NCBI GenBank assembly: GCA_048213135.1
Contig: PS015695.1
Location: forward strand, 56,751 to 89,545
Direction: 5' to 3'
Source of the DNA: Reclinomonas americana ATCC 50394
Taxonomy: Eukaryota
DNA: 32,795 nucleotides
Under the pieces are notes generated by a model, which saw nothing but the letters and a program-made list of their open reading frames with translations, did no database searches and had not been told where the DNA came from. Both the position numbers and the translations under genes were made by a program. The number at the start of each line of letters is the position of its first letter. The first letter of the stretch is position 1. Below are positions 1 to 8,778 of this stretch, piece by piece.

Positions 1-1
1 C

Positions 2-976
2 GTGGCTCCAGCAGAACGCCAGGCACACCGCGTTGCGCTCGGCCAGGACCTTGTAGCCCGCGTAGCCATCGACCTGCAGCGTGCCCGCGAAGCCCTGAAG
101 ATGCCGGATCGGCTGCTCGGCCTTGCGGTCGGGCGCATAGAGATAGGCCACGCCAGGCGGATCCGATCCACCCCAGGGCCTGTCGTCGCGGGCATAGGCG
201 AAGAGTTGGCCGGTCTTGGTCCGGCCGCGACCCGGGTCGAGCACCGGCGCCGTGGTCTCATCGGCGAAGAGCTTGTCCGACGCCTTCAGGCGCTCGAACA
301 GCCGCTCATGCACGGGCCGCAGCAGGAAGGCGGCCTTGCCGACCCAGTCGGCTAAGGTCGAGCGATCCAGGTTGACGCCCTGCCGGGCATAAATCTGGGC
401 CTGCCGGTAGAGCGGCAGGTGATCGGCGTATTTCGCGACGAGGACATGGGCGACGGTGGCCTCTGTCGGGATGCCGCCCTCGACGAGCCGGCCGGGCGCC
501 GGCGCCTGCACCACAACCTCCTCGCAGGCCCGGCAGGCGTATTTCGGTCGACGCGTCACGATCACGCGGAACTGGGCCGGCACGATATCGAGGCGTTCGG
601 ACACATCCTCGCCGATGGCATGCAACGCGCCCCGGCAGCATGGGCAAGTCTTGTCCTGGATGTCGATAATCTGCTCGACCCGCGGCAGGTGCGCCGGCAA
701 CGATCCACGGTTATTGCGCCGCTTCCGGGCCCGCTCGGCGCGTTTGGCAGGATCGGCGGCCTCCTCGCCGGCAAAGTCCTCGGCCTCGATCTGCTCGGCC
801 TCCTCGAGCCCCAGCAGCAACTGATCGATCGGCAGGCTCTCGGCCCGGCGGCCGAAGCGATGGCGCTGCAACTCCTTGATGATCTGGCGGAGCCGCTCAT
901 TTTCGGCGCGCTCCGCCGCGAGCATCGCCCGAAGCGCGATCGGATCGTTGGTCTGAGGTTCGGCCGGGTCGCTCAC
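2..976 (-). CDS. tnpC: IS66 transposase TnpC (5' part; truncated by window edge)
   Basis: Manual translation from GTG 976: ...ELQRHRFGRRAE..., Zn ribbon CPCC...YACRAC, KYADHLPLYRQ, LFADETT, LQVDGYAGY, AFCWSH. Not in the ORF track because it has no stop within the window. Confidence 0.95.
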   Translation of the reverse strand, partial: MSDPAEPQTNDPIALRAMLAAERAENERLRQIIKELQRHRFGRRAESLPIDQLLLGLEEAEQIEAEDFAGEEAADPAKRAERARKRRNNRGSLPAHLPRVEQIIDIQDKTCPCCRGALHAIGEDVSERLDIVPAQFRVIVTRRPKYACRACEEVVVQAPAPGRLVEGGIPTEATVAHVLVAKYADHLPLYRQAQIYARQGVNLDRSTLADWVGKAAFLLRPVHERLFERLKASDKLFADETTAPVLDPGRGRTKTGQLFAYARDDRPWGGSDPPGVAYLYAPDRKAEQPIRHLQGFAGTLQVDGYAGYKVLAERNAVCLAFCWSH

Positions 977-1024
977 AAAGCCGATTCAATCATGGATTAC
1001 AGTGGGTTGCCAGCGCAGGTCCGA

Positions 1025-1174
1025 TCAACTTGCGGCGATCGGAACGCGCGTCTGGCGCCGCTCATGTACGCGGCGCCAGTCCAGACCCTCCAGCAAGGCC
1101 TGAAGCTGGGCAGCCGTCAGCCGCACGACACCGTCGGCGATGGCAGGCCACTGGAACTTGCCGTCCTCCAGCCT
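1025..1174 (-). CDS. tnpB: IS66 accessory protein TnpB (C-terminal 49 aa; rest lies in the gap)
   Basis: Translates RLEDGKFQWPAIADGVVRLTAAQLQALLEGLDWRRV...*, the hallmark TnpB C-terminus. Confidence 0.9.
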   Translation of the reverse strand, partial: RLEDGKFQWPAIADGVVRLTAAQLQALLEGLDWRRVHERRQTRVPIAAS

Positions 1175-1175
1175 C

Positions 1176-1518
1176 NNNNNNNNNNNNNNNNNNNNNNNNN
1201 NNNNNNNNNNNNNNNNNNNNNNNNNNNNNNNNNNNNNNNNNNNNNNNNNNNNNNNNNNNNNNNNNNNNNNNNNNNNNNNNNNNNNNNNNNNNNNNNNNNN
1301 NNNNNNNNNNNNNNNNNNNNNNNNNNNNNNNNNNNNNNNNNNNNNNNNNNNNNNNNNNNNNNNNNNNNNNNNNNNNNNNNNNNNNNNNNNNNNNNNNNNN
1401 NNNNNNNNNNNNNNNNNNNNNNNNNNNNNNNNNNNNNNNNNNNNNNNNNNNNNNNNNNNNNNNNNNNNNNNNNNNNNNNNNNNNNNNNNNNNNNNNNNNN
1501 NNNNNNNNNNNNNNNNNN
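1176..1518. other. Assembly gap (343 N)
   Basis: Run of N inside the IS66 element. Confidence 1.
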
Positions 1519-1536
1519 ATGGTCAAGCCTAGACAC
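1519..1536 (-). CDS. Probable start of IS66 TnpA (MSRLDH..., remainder in the gap)
   Basis: GTG at 1536 preceded by GGAGGG, 80 bp inside the IS end. Only 6 codons are visible. Confidence 0.5.
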
Positions 1537-1616
1537 AAAACGATCCCTCCAAATCAGGATCGTTAGAGTGGGCGCTCAATCCGCGGCGAAGAAGGTGCGG
1601 TCGGAACACCGTTTAC

Positions 1617-2420
1617 AGTATGCCGCCCAACGTGTGCCCGACAAGACCGGCGAGCCCGTAAAGGAGCAGGGCAAGTGCAATGGTCTCTCCGCTCAGTTCC
1701 GCTACCTGTTCGATGATCGGCCGCACATAGGTAAAGCCCGCGAAGTGTCCTGCCAACACCAGCATGACCATGACAATTCCCAAGACTACCGAGCGCCGAG
1801 TCAGCACGATGCGGAAGGAGTCGATCCGAGTAGGTTCTGTCGCAGGCAGTCTAGGAAGGGTAGCGACGACACCAATCATGGCAACGAGACCGATCGCAGC
1901 TGCGGCGCCGAAGGTCCCTCGCCAGCCCCAAAGCTCGCCCAGGTATAGTCCAGCCGATGGAGCGAAAACCGTGGCAGCCGTTATGCCGGTAAAGATGACC
2001 GACATGGCCCGTGGCACGCTCGCCGGGGGCACCAGCCGCAGGGCGAGTGCGGTCAGCATAGCCCAGAGGCCGCCCAGCGCTATGCCCAGCAGGGCGCGAG
2101 CGACCAGCAATACCCAATAGGTTTGCGCTAACGCGGTTAGAACCCCCGACAAGAAGATCGTCGCCGTCAGGAGCACAACCAGCTTGCGGCGGTCAAAACG
2201 ACCTGCCGAGAATGATAACGGGGCTGGCAATGGCGGCGATGATCGCGGTTGCGGTGATCGCCTGGCCCGTAGCTCCGATAGCGACATTCAGATCCTGCGC
2301 CATCGGTGTCAACAGGCCGACTGGCAGCAATTCAGATCCGATCAGGCCAAACATGGCGAGAGAAATCGCAACAACGGCAGGCCAATAAGCCTTTGCGGCA
2401 GACGCGTCGCTTTGGGGCAT
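1617..2420 (-). pseudogene. MFS transporter (DHA1, NepI/AraJ-like), frameshifted and truncated by IS66
   Basis: MPQ...YWPAVVAISLAMFGLIGSELLPVGLLTPMAQDL in one frame. After a frameshift near 2205-2215 it continues GRFDRRKL...ARALLGIALGGLW...WGWR...GHFAGFTYVRP and ends where the IS66 terminus supplies TAA. Confidence 0.85.
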
Positions 2421-2561
2421 GACAAATTCCAATCGTGGCAGCGGCAATAATGAGGATTGATCTTCGATCACGCCTGTCGTGATGGTTCACTGGAGGCGGC
2501 GGGCCCTGCAACGACTTGCTGTAGGTAGATGTCTGAAGCGGAAGCGGATTTGATGGAGCCG

Positions 2562-2916
2562 CTAGCCGACAAACGCGTTCGAGCACGAATTCAGCGGGAG
2601 CGTTATTTGAGCCCTCCCTGAGGCCAAGGCTCTCCGCAATGGCTTTGAGCTCGCGGTTCATTTCAATTGATCCGCATGATCCTGCTGTACTGAGGATCGA
2701 ACGCGGTGATGTTCAGGTCTGTGAACAAACTGCCATCCCTGATACGATCGGTAATTCGCCCCATCTTCTGGTAGCTCTCGCGTGTCGTCGCCGCATAAAG
2801 GCTGAAGCGGCCTCCGACAAATTCGGCAATGAGCGGGTTCACCTCGCGTTCGCGCGTCACATCAAATCCGTAGTCCAGTTCGGCGACGTCGCGGCAGGTA
2901 TGGGTGAGTATGACCT
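2562..2916 (-). pseudogene. fpr: Ferredoxin--NADP+ reductase C-terminal remnant
   Basis: VILTHTCRDVAELDYG...TTRESY..MGRITDRI.DGSLF.DL...FDP..SRIM, then frameshifted CGSIEMNRELKAIAESLGLREGSNNAPAEFVLER, then frameshifted FVG*. The N-terminal half is absent. Confidence 0.8.
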
Positions 2917-2947
2917 CCGGCCGCATCTTCTCTTTTGGCGCGGCCGG
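2917..2947 (-). terminator. GC-rich hairpin downstream of the sod stop codon
   Basis: CCGGCCGC (2917-2924) / GCGGCCGG (2940-2947) inverted repeat about 15 nt after the stop. No U-tract follows. Confidence 0.4.
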
Positions 2948-2962
2948 TTGAAGGGCAGAAGA

Positions 2963-3706
2963 TCAACCGAGATTGGCTTCGGCAAACTCGTAATTGGCGA
3001 GACTGTCGAGGAAGTTCGTTACGTAATCCGGCCGCCGGTTGCGGAAATCGACATAGTAACTGTGCTCCCAGACATCGAGCCCGAGCAGCGGCTTGCCTTC
3101 GCCGGTCGCCAGCGGGTTCGAGCCGTTCGGCGTCTTGGTGGTCTTTAGCTTGCCGTCATGGCCCAGCACCAGCCAGGCCCAACCCGATCCGAACTGTGTC
3201 GTCGCGGCGGTCTTAAACGCATCCTTGAAAGCATCGACCGAGCCGAAATCCCCGACGATCTTTGCTTCCAGCTTCCCAGGCAGCTTGCCGCCATTCGGCG
3301 ACAGCGCATTCCAGAAGTGTATATGGTTCCAGTGCTGTCCGGCATTGTTGAAGACTGGCACATAGTCGGCCTTGCCAGTGGCGAATGTGATGATTTCTTC
3401 CAGAGACTTGCCCTGAAGAGCAGCGTCTTTCTCAACGAACCCGTTCAGCGCCGTGACCTCTGCCGCGGAGAATGGCCGGGCACGTTCGCGCAGGTCGCGC
3501 AGTTGCTTGAGATAGTCCGGGAACAGGTCAGGGCGCATGCCGTGGGCCTGACTGATCCCGATGAAGGTTCCGCCGAGATCATCGAACGTCTGGCGCAGGG
3601 CGAACCGGCAAGGCCGAGGCGCGGTGACGCCGCGGCGCCGCTCGGCGAGATAACGCGGTGTCAATGAGATTGCGGCGGCGACGATGTTGAAGAGCCGGGA
3701 GCTCAC
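2963..3706 (-). pseudogene. sodB: In-frame chimera: ABC1/UbiB(AarF)-kinase N-terminal fragment fused to 5'-truncated Fe/Mn superoxide dismutase
   Basis: First 83 aa contain LRQTFDDLGGTFI..SQ..GMRPDLFP.YLKQLRDLRERARPF (ABC1-like). From 3457: VTALNG...FNNAGQHWNH..FW...FGSGWAWL...DVWEHSYY.DFRNRRPDY (SOD). Confidence 0.8.
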
Positions 3707-3746
3707 ACGCTTTGGCCGCGGCTATCGGCCGACGCCGCGCATCGCG

Positions 3747-4787
3747 TCAGAAGAACCGCTGCCGGATGCCGAGCGAGGCGTTCGTCAGCGCGATCGAAGA
3801 CGCGGCATCCGATGCGAGGCCGGTCAGGGCGCGGACCGCATCGATCGTCTCGGGAATGACGATCGCCTGGTTGTCGACCATGTAGGCGTAAAACAGCTCG
3901 TCGCCTTTCGTGCGCAGCATGTCTTCCCAGAGCGCCACCTCGTAGAGATTGTCGTGCGGCCGGCCGAGGTCGGCCATCAGCTCCTTCACGGTATTGATCG
4001 CGGTGAGCCCGTCCGTGGTTCGGATCAGGGCGATCCGCGACGAAGCACGGAAAGCGTCGAGGACCTCCTCTTTTTCGGCCGCGCGGGTCAACTGGACGGA
4101 CCAGTAGTGGAGATGCGCCAACGTCTCGGGAACCTTGACGGCCATGGTCACCACATCGAGGTCGGGATCGACGCTCTGGGCATCGGGTCCCTGATGACTC
4201 GGGATCTCGGGCTCGGGCACGAGCGTGTTCATGATCCCGCTTTTATGGCTCTCCCACGGATCGGTAGCGCGCCTCAGCAGTGTGCCGCGCGCGTGTTTGA
4301 GGAGGCCGGCGCGCTTCAGGGCGGAAAGCGTGCGGACGATGGAGGTCGTATTGCAGGACACGACGCGCGTCGATTGGCGGCCGATCGCGCTTGCAAAGGA
4401 GCTTTCTGCGACGAAAGAGTGTCCGGTCACGGCGTGTTTCTCGCCGCCATGGACGATGAACTTGATGCCTTGGGCGCGGTACCGTTCGACGTTGGTCGCG
4501 GCGACGCGCTTGGGCGTGCAGTCGACCACGATGTCCGCCGTCTGGAGCAGCGCATCGAGCGTGCCGGCGACCGGCAAGCCGGCGTCCCTCATCGGGCCAA
4601 CCGTCTCATCGGAGGCCGCGTAGAACGGGATCGCCTTCTGTTCTAGCGAGCGCAGACGCCAGTCGCTGGCAATATCAGACACCCCGACGAGCTCCATGTC
4701 GTCCTGGATGCGTACGGCGTCGACCACGCGCTTGCCGATTACGCCGTAGCCGTTCACCGCGACGCGGACGGGATTGCGCTGTGTCAT
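3747..4787 (-). CDS. gap: Type II (archaeal-type) glyceraldehyde-3-phosphate dehydrogenase
   Basis: VAVNGYGVIGKRVVDAV Rossmann motif, VVDCTP, catalytic VVSCNTT, RRATDP, SHQGPD, NQAIVIPETIDAVRA. ATG at 4787. Confidence 0.92.
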   Translation of the reverse strand: MTQRNPVRVAVNGYGVIGKRVVDAVRIQDDMELVGVSDIASDWRLRSLEQKAIPFYAASDETVGPMRDAGLPVAGTLDALLQTADIVVDCTPKRVAATNVERYRAQGIKFIVHGGEKHAVTGHSFVAESSFASAIGRQSTRVVSCNTTSIVRTLSALKRAGLLKHARGTLLRRATDPWESHKSGIMNTLVPEPEIPSHQGPDAQSVDPDLDVVTMAVKVPETLAHLHYWSVQLTRAAEKEEVLDAFRASSRIALIRTTDGLTAINTVKELMADLGRPHDNLYEVALWEDMLRTKGDELFYAYMVDNQAIVIPETIDAVRALTGLASDAASSIALTNASLGIRQRFF

Positions 4788-4884
4788 TGCGGATATCCTT
4801 CGACAAGTTACGGAGATCACGTCGCCGCAGCTTGGTTGGGGCCTTGGCGGGAGCGTGCCACCTGATTGCCAGCGTCCGGCGCGC

Positions 4885-4904
4885 TTAACTTTGATCAAGG
4901 TTAA
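4885..4904 (-). promoter_or_regulatory. Overlapping FNR/FixK-type boxes upstream of gap
   Basis: TTGAT-CAAA-GTTAA on the minus strand (4898-4885) and TTGAT-CAAG-GTTAA on the plus strand (4891-4904). Confidence 0.65.
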
Positions 4905-5000
4905 GGTTGCGGCAGGTCGCCCATGCCGCGGGCTGCGCGCTCGCGCCAGGGCGGCAGCGCCGAAAAGAAGCCCGGATCGGGTTGCAGGCGAGCCGACAGC

Positions 5001-5030
5001 CCTGATGCCGACGAGGGCGCCGGCATCAGG
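5001..5030 (-). terminator. Stem-loop just after the multicopper oxidase stop
   Basis: Perfect 10-bp inverted repeat CCTGATGCCG/CGGCATCAGG, extendable to 13 bp with a G-U pair on the minus-strand RNA. No U-tract. Confidence 0.5.
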
Positions 5031-5039
5031 TATCGCGGT

Positions 5040-6524
5040 CTAGCCGAGATCCTCGTAAGTCACGTATGCCATCATGCCGGTCGCCATGTGGTACAGGTGA
5101 TGGCAATGCAACGGCCATGTGCCGGGATTGTTGGCGTCGAAGACGATCGTCATCGAGTCGCCTGGCGGCACCAGGACCGTATCGCGGACTGCGCCCGCGC
5201 GCTTGGCACCGTTGATGGCGATCACCTGGAAATGGTGGCCGTGCAGATGCATAGGATGCGACATCATCGAGGCATTGCGCATGGTGATCTCGATGCGCTG
5301 GCGCCGGCGCGCGCGCAGCTCATCGCCGCCCTCGATAGACCAGGCGTAGCCTTGCATCTGGCCTGTGAGCGTGAGGGTGAACCGGCGATCCGCCGGCTTC
5401 GCGTCGAGGGGATTGCGCGCGCGTAGCCGCTGTTCGAGCTCAGACCCGACGATCGGCCCGGCAGCGTCACCGGTACTGGCAAGTCGTTTCACCGTAGACC
5501 CGGACGTGGCCAGGATCACCCCTGTTCGTTCTACCGCGCCCTCGCGTAGCGCAAGGACGGGATAGGCGCCTTCTCCCGGCGGCAGCGACAGGGCGATGTC
5601 GAGGCGTTGGCCCATGCTGACCGGGAAGATCGAGGCGGAGATCGGCAGGACGTCCTGACCGTCGACTGCGAGCAGTGTGCCCTTGAGCGCGCCGGTGTCG
5701 ATCGTGAAACCCGTCGCGGTTGCGCCATTGATGATACGCAGGCGCACGCGGCCGCTCCTTTCAACGCGCACGATCTCGGGGTCGTCGAGCGTCCGATCGT
5801 TGGCGAGATAGGCGTCGTAGTCGATGTCGTTGAGGTCCATCGCGGCCATTTGCATGCCGGGCATCCCCGCCATCGGCATCTTGCCCATGTCGCCATGTCC
5901 CATACCGGAATGGTTCATCATCGGCATGTCGGCCATGCCGGCTGATCCTTTCGCTGCGCCATGACCCCTGCCTTGCTTCAACCGCGCGAGCAGTTCCTCG
6001 ACCGGCGTGAAGGAAAAATCATGCAGCAGGATGACGACCTCCTGTTCGTCGCGCGCCCGATCGGCGGCGCGGCGAACGATGAGCGGCGCGGCAAGCAGGT
6101 TCTGCTCCTGAAGCGTGTGCGCGTGCATCCAGTGCGTGCCGCCCTCGCCGACCGGGAAGGTGTACCGATGGCTACTTGCGGGTTTGAGCAGGGGCTGCGG
6201 GTTGTCGGGCACGCCGTCGGACTCCCACGGCGGTGTGAGGCCATGCCAATGGACCAGCGTTGGCTGGTCGAGTTGGTTCGAGAGCTCGACGTCGAAGACG
6301 GCCTCGGCGTCCAACGTCAGGCCGGGCACGCCATTCGGCTGCAAAAGGCCGAAGACGCGTGCGGCGCGGCCTTTGACCTCGATCGAGCGGCTGGCTGCAG
6401 CGAGCTTGACGGGAGAAGGGGCGCCTGGCGTCTGAGCCCAGCCGAGGGCGGGGCGGGCAAGTGTAGCGGCGCCAAGGGCCGCGGCGCCGCTCATCACTGA
6501 GTGAAGAAATCTGCGTCTGTTCAT
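5040..6524 (-). CDS. Tat-exported multicopper oxidase with Met/His-rich insert
   Basis: MNRRRFL Tat signal. Cu motifs HWHG, WMHAH, HPMHLHGH, HCHHLYHMATGM. Insert GMADMPMMNHSGMGHGDMGKMPM. Confidence 0.93.
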   Translation of the reverse strand: MNRRRFLHSVMSGAAALGAATLARPALGWAQTPGAPSPVKLAAASRSIEVKGRAARVFGLLQPNGVPGLTLDAEAVFDVELSNQLDQPTLVHWHGLTPPWESDGVPDNPQPLLKPASSHRYTFPVGEGGTHWMHAHTLQEQNLLAAPLIVRRAADRARDEQEVVILLHDFSFTPVEELLARLKQGRGHGAAKGSAGMADMPMMNHSGMGHGDMGKMPMAGMPGMQMAAMDLNDIDYDAYLANDRTLDDPEIVRVERSGRVRLRIINGATATGFTIDTGALKGTLLAVDGQDVLPISASIFPVSMGQRLDIALSLPPGEGAYPVLALREGAVERTGVILATSGSTVKRLASTGDAAGPIVGSELEQRLRARNPLDAKPADRRFTLTLTGQMQGYAWSIEGGDELRARRRQRIEITMRNASMMSHPMHLHGHHFQVIAINGAKRAGAVRDTVLVPPGDSMTIVFDANNPGTWPLHCHHLYHMATGMMAYVTYEDLG

Positions 6525-6626
6525 GGTCGTTAGTCCTCATCGTGCCTGCAGGTGGCAGGCGTGCTGATTGAGCGCACCGAGACGGCGCGCGCCGAGCCCC
6601 GAAGCGTCGGGGCGGGTCGAACTCGA

Positions 6627-7019
6627 TCAGCATCGAGGAGGTTTGTGCGGCTGCCCGATCAGGATGCCAAAGATCGGATCACCGCGGTCGAGTCTGTGCT
6701 TTGCGAGTACTGGCCGCGGCTTCTCGTTCCATCCCGTGGCAGCGGGAGCGGTGCAAAGGCTGCACACGGAGGTGCAACAACGGGCGGCATGCACGCCGCT
6801 CGGCTTGCCGACGGCGCTTGTCGACGAATGAAACTCGGCAGCGTCGCTTGCAACATCATTGCGTACGGAGCGTTCGACCGAGTGGACTGCGCTCGCGCAG
6901 GACGTCACGTCTGCACTGGCCATCGACATACCGAGCAAGGCGAAGGTAAGGGCGGCGACAAGCACCGTTCTCATCATCCCTGCCAAGCGCCGCGACGGCT
7001 TCGTGTGCGTCAGGTTCAT
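6627..7019 (-). CDS. Small CopL/DUF2946-like metal-associated protein
   Basis: Hydrophobic N-terminal segment, CCxxxCxxC cluster and a C-terminal KPPRC, directly upstream of the MCO. GGAG precedes ATG 7019, but the start is uncertain. Confidence 0.6.
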   Translation of the reverse strand: MNLTHTKPSRRLAGMMRTVLVAALTFALLGMSMASADVTSCASAVHSVERSVRNDVASDAAEFHSSTSAVGKPSGVHAARCCTSVCSLCTAPAATGWNEKPRPVLAKHRLDRGDPIFGILIGQPHKPPRC

Positions 7020-7052
7020 ATCTCCCATATAGCAGCAGATTTGAGCAACGAC

Positions 7053-7066
7053 TTGATCGGAATCAA
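7053..7066. promoter_or_regulatory. Consensus FNR/FixK box
   Basis: TTGAT-CGGA-ATCAA, a perfect match, upstream of the copL-like/MCO unit. Confidence 0.8.
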
Positions 7067-7316
7067 TACATCGTTGAAACAACGCGCGAGCCTGGGCTGT
7101 CATCGTCCGCCCGGAGAGCGAAGCAGACGGAACGTCCCCACGTGCTGGCATCGCGAACAGGCGAAAAGTCGATCAGGCCGCATCTTTCACGTCGGCGCGA
7201 CCATCGCCACACGCCGAGATCGGAAGACCTGAGATAATTCTGCCGGTCGGAAACGCCACGCGCCGATCCTGCACGCGAGGTATGCGGCTTTTGGCGGGCA
7301 CATCGATACGGCAATG

Positions 7317-8627
7317 TCATCCGGCTGAAGTGCCCGAGACGCCTACTCCGAAAATCTGCGTCAGCAGTACCACGTTAAGAAGCAGCACAATAACAGTTCC
7401 AACAATCGCCATGGCTCCGATGAGCCGCGTATTGACGTATGGACCCATGATATCCGGGCGCCGCGTGAAGATCACCAGCGCGATCATCGGCACCGGCAGC
7501 GCAATGCTCAAGATGACCTGGCTGACAACGAGCGCGTTCGTGGCATTCACCCCGAGCGCGACGACGACAAAAGCCGGAACCATCGTCACGACGCGGCGTG
7601 CCCACAGCGGGATCCGAAATTGGACAAACCCTTGCATGATCATCTGACCGGCCATTGTGCCGACGACAGAACTCGAGATCCCTGATGCGATCAGCGACAC
7701 CAGGAACACCGCCGCGGCGGCAAAGCCCAAGAGCGGCGTCAAAGTATGATACGCGCTTTCGATTTCGGCGACATCGCTGTGTCCGTTATGAAAGGCGCTG
7801 GATGCCATCATGACCATGGCCATGTTGACGAGACCCGCGGCGGCGAGCGCCAGCACAACCTCGATGTTCGAAAACTTCAAGAGCTTGCGTCGCTCCGATT
7901 CACCGGCCACAGGTGCGCGCTGTTGGGTCAATCCCGAGTGAAGATAAAGAGCGTGGGGCATGACGGTCGCGCCTATGATGCCGACGGAGATGATCAGCGC
8001 CTCACGATCCGGAATGTGCGGCAATAGCGCACTGTATGAGGCCGCCGTCCAGTCAACCGGCGCGATGAACATTTCGACGAGGCAACACAGCCCAATGACC
8101 GCAATGAGGCTGCCTATGATCAACTCCATAGGACGGAAGCCGTGCTTCTCGAAAAGCAGGATTCCATAAGTCACGACCGCTGTGACCAGCATGCCCGCAA
8201 GGAGCGGCATGTGGGCGAGAAGAGACAGGCCGAGCGCCCCGCCGAGAAACTCGGCAAGATCTGTGGCCATGGCAGCGATTTCGCTTATGATCCACATCGC
8301 GATCACGATAGGGACGGGAAAGTATTCTCGGCACATTTCCGCAAGATTGCGCCCGGTCACGATGCCGAGCTTGGCCGAAAGCGCCTGAAACAGCATGGCG
8401 ATGAGATTCGCCATCAGGACAACCCACAGCAACGTGTAGCCGTATTTGGCACCGGCTTGAATGTTGGTGGCAAAATTGCCGGGGTCCATGTAGGCGATCG
8501 ATGTGACAACAGCCGGACCGGCAAATAGCAGGGCCGTGGTGGGCCCTCGACGCCGACCCGCCAGCGCCTCTTCGATGGCCGCAATGGTGCGCTGTGTCAC
8601 GGTCTGCAATGAGAGGAGAGAGGACAT
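7317..8627 (-). CDS. mntH: NRAMP-family Mn2+/divalent metal transporter MntH
   Basis: YMDPGNF and VMPHALYLHS metal-site motifs, GTMAGQMIMQGF, about 11 hydrophobic segments. Confidence 0.95.
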   Translation of the reverse strand: MSSLLSLQTVTQRTIAAIEEALAGRRRGPTTALLFAGPAVVTSIAYMDPGNFATNIQAGAKYGYTLLWVVLMANLIAMLFQALSAKLGIVTGRNLAEMCREYFPVPIVIAMWIISEIAAMATDLAEFLGGALGLSLLAHMPLLAGMLVTAVVTYGILLFEKHGFRPMELIIGSLIAVIGLCCLVEMFIAPVDWTAASYSALLPHIPDREALIISVGIIGATVMPHALYLHSGLTQQRAPVAGESERRKLLKFSNIEVVLALAAAGLVNMAMVMMASSAFHNGHSDVAEIESAYHTLTPLLGFAAAAVFLVSLIASGISSSVVGTMAGQMIMQGFVQFRIPLWARRVVTMVPAFVVVALGVNATNALVVSQVILSIALPVPMIALVIFTRRPDIMGPYVNTRLIGAMAIVGTVIVLLLNVVLLTQIFGVGVSGTSAG

Positions 8628-8655
8628 TTCGAAGCCTTTCGTTACCTCTGCTTCG

Positions 8656-8677
8656 AAATATAGCCAAAGCTACATTT
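8656..8677. promoter_or_regulatory. MntR operator overlapping the mntH promoter
   Basis: Palindrome AAATATAGC-CAAA-GCTACATTT, resembling the enterobacterial MntR box AAACATAGC-N4-GCTATGTTT. Confidence 0.85.
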
Positions 8678-8684
8678 TCGTCAA
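8657..8684 (-). promoter_or_regulatory. sigma70-like promoter of mntH
   Basis: -35 TTGACG (8684-8679), 16-nt spacer, -10 TATATT (8662-8657). Confidence 0.6.
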
Positions 8685-8689
8685 TCGAC

Positions 8690-8718
8690 TTTAACGGCGG
8701 GCGGGCGAGGCGTATAAT
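8690..8718 (+). promoter_or_regulatory. sigma70-like promoter of mntR
   Basis: TTTAAC (8690-8695), 17-nt spacer, TATAAT (8713-8718). Confidence 0.55.
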
Positions 8719-8778
8719 GTCGCTGCGATTCACATGGCTGCGGACTTGGACCATCCGCTCAATCAGAAAGCGACCTCA

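Larger units (their letters stand above)
1..1616 (-). mobile_element. IS66-family insertion sequence (left end at 1616; runs off the window start)
   Basis: The minus strand from 1616 reads GTAAACGGTGTTCCG..., the GTAA start typical of IS66 termini. It is followed by a tnpA-like start, a tnpB C-terminus and tnpC in the canonical order. Confidence 0.85.
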
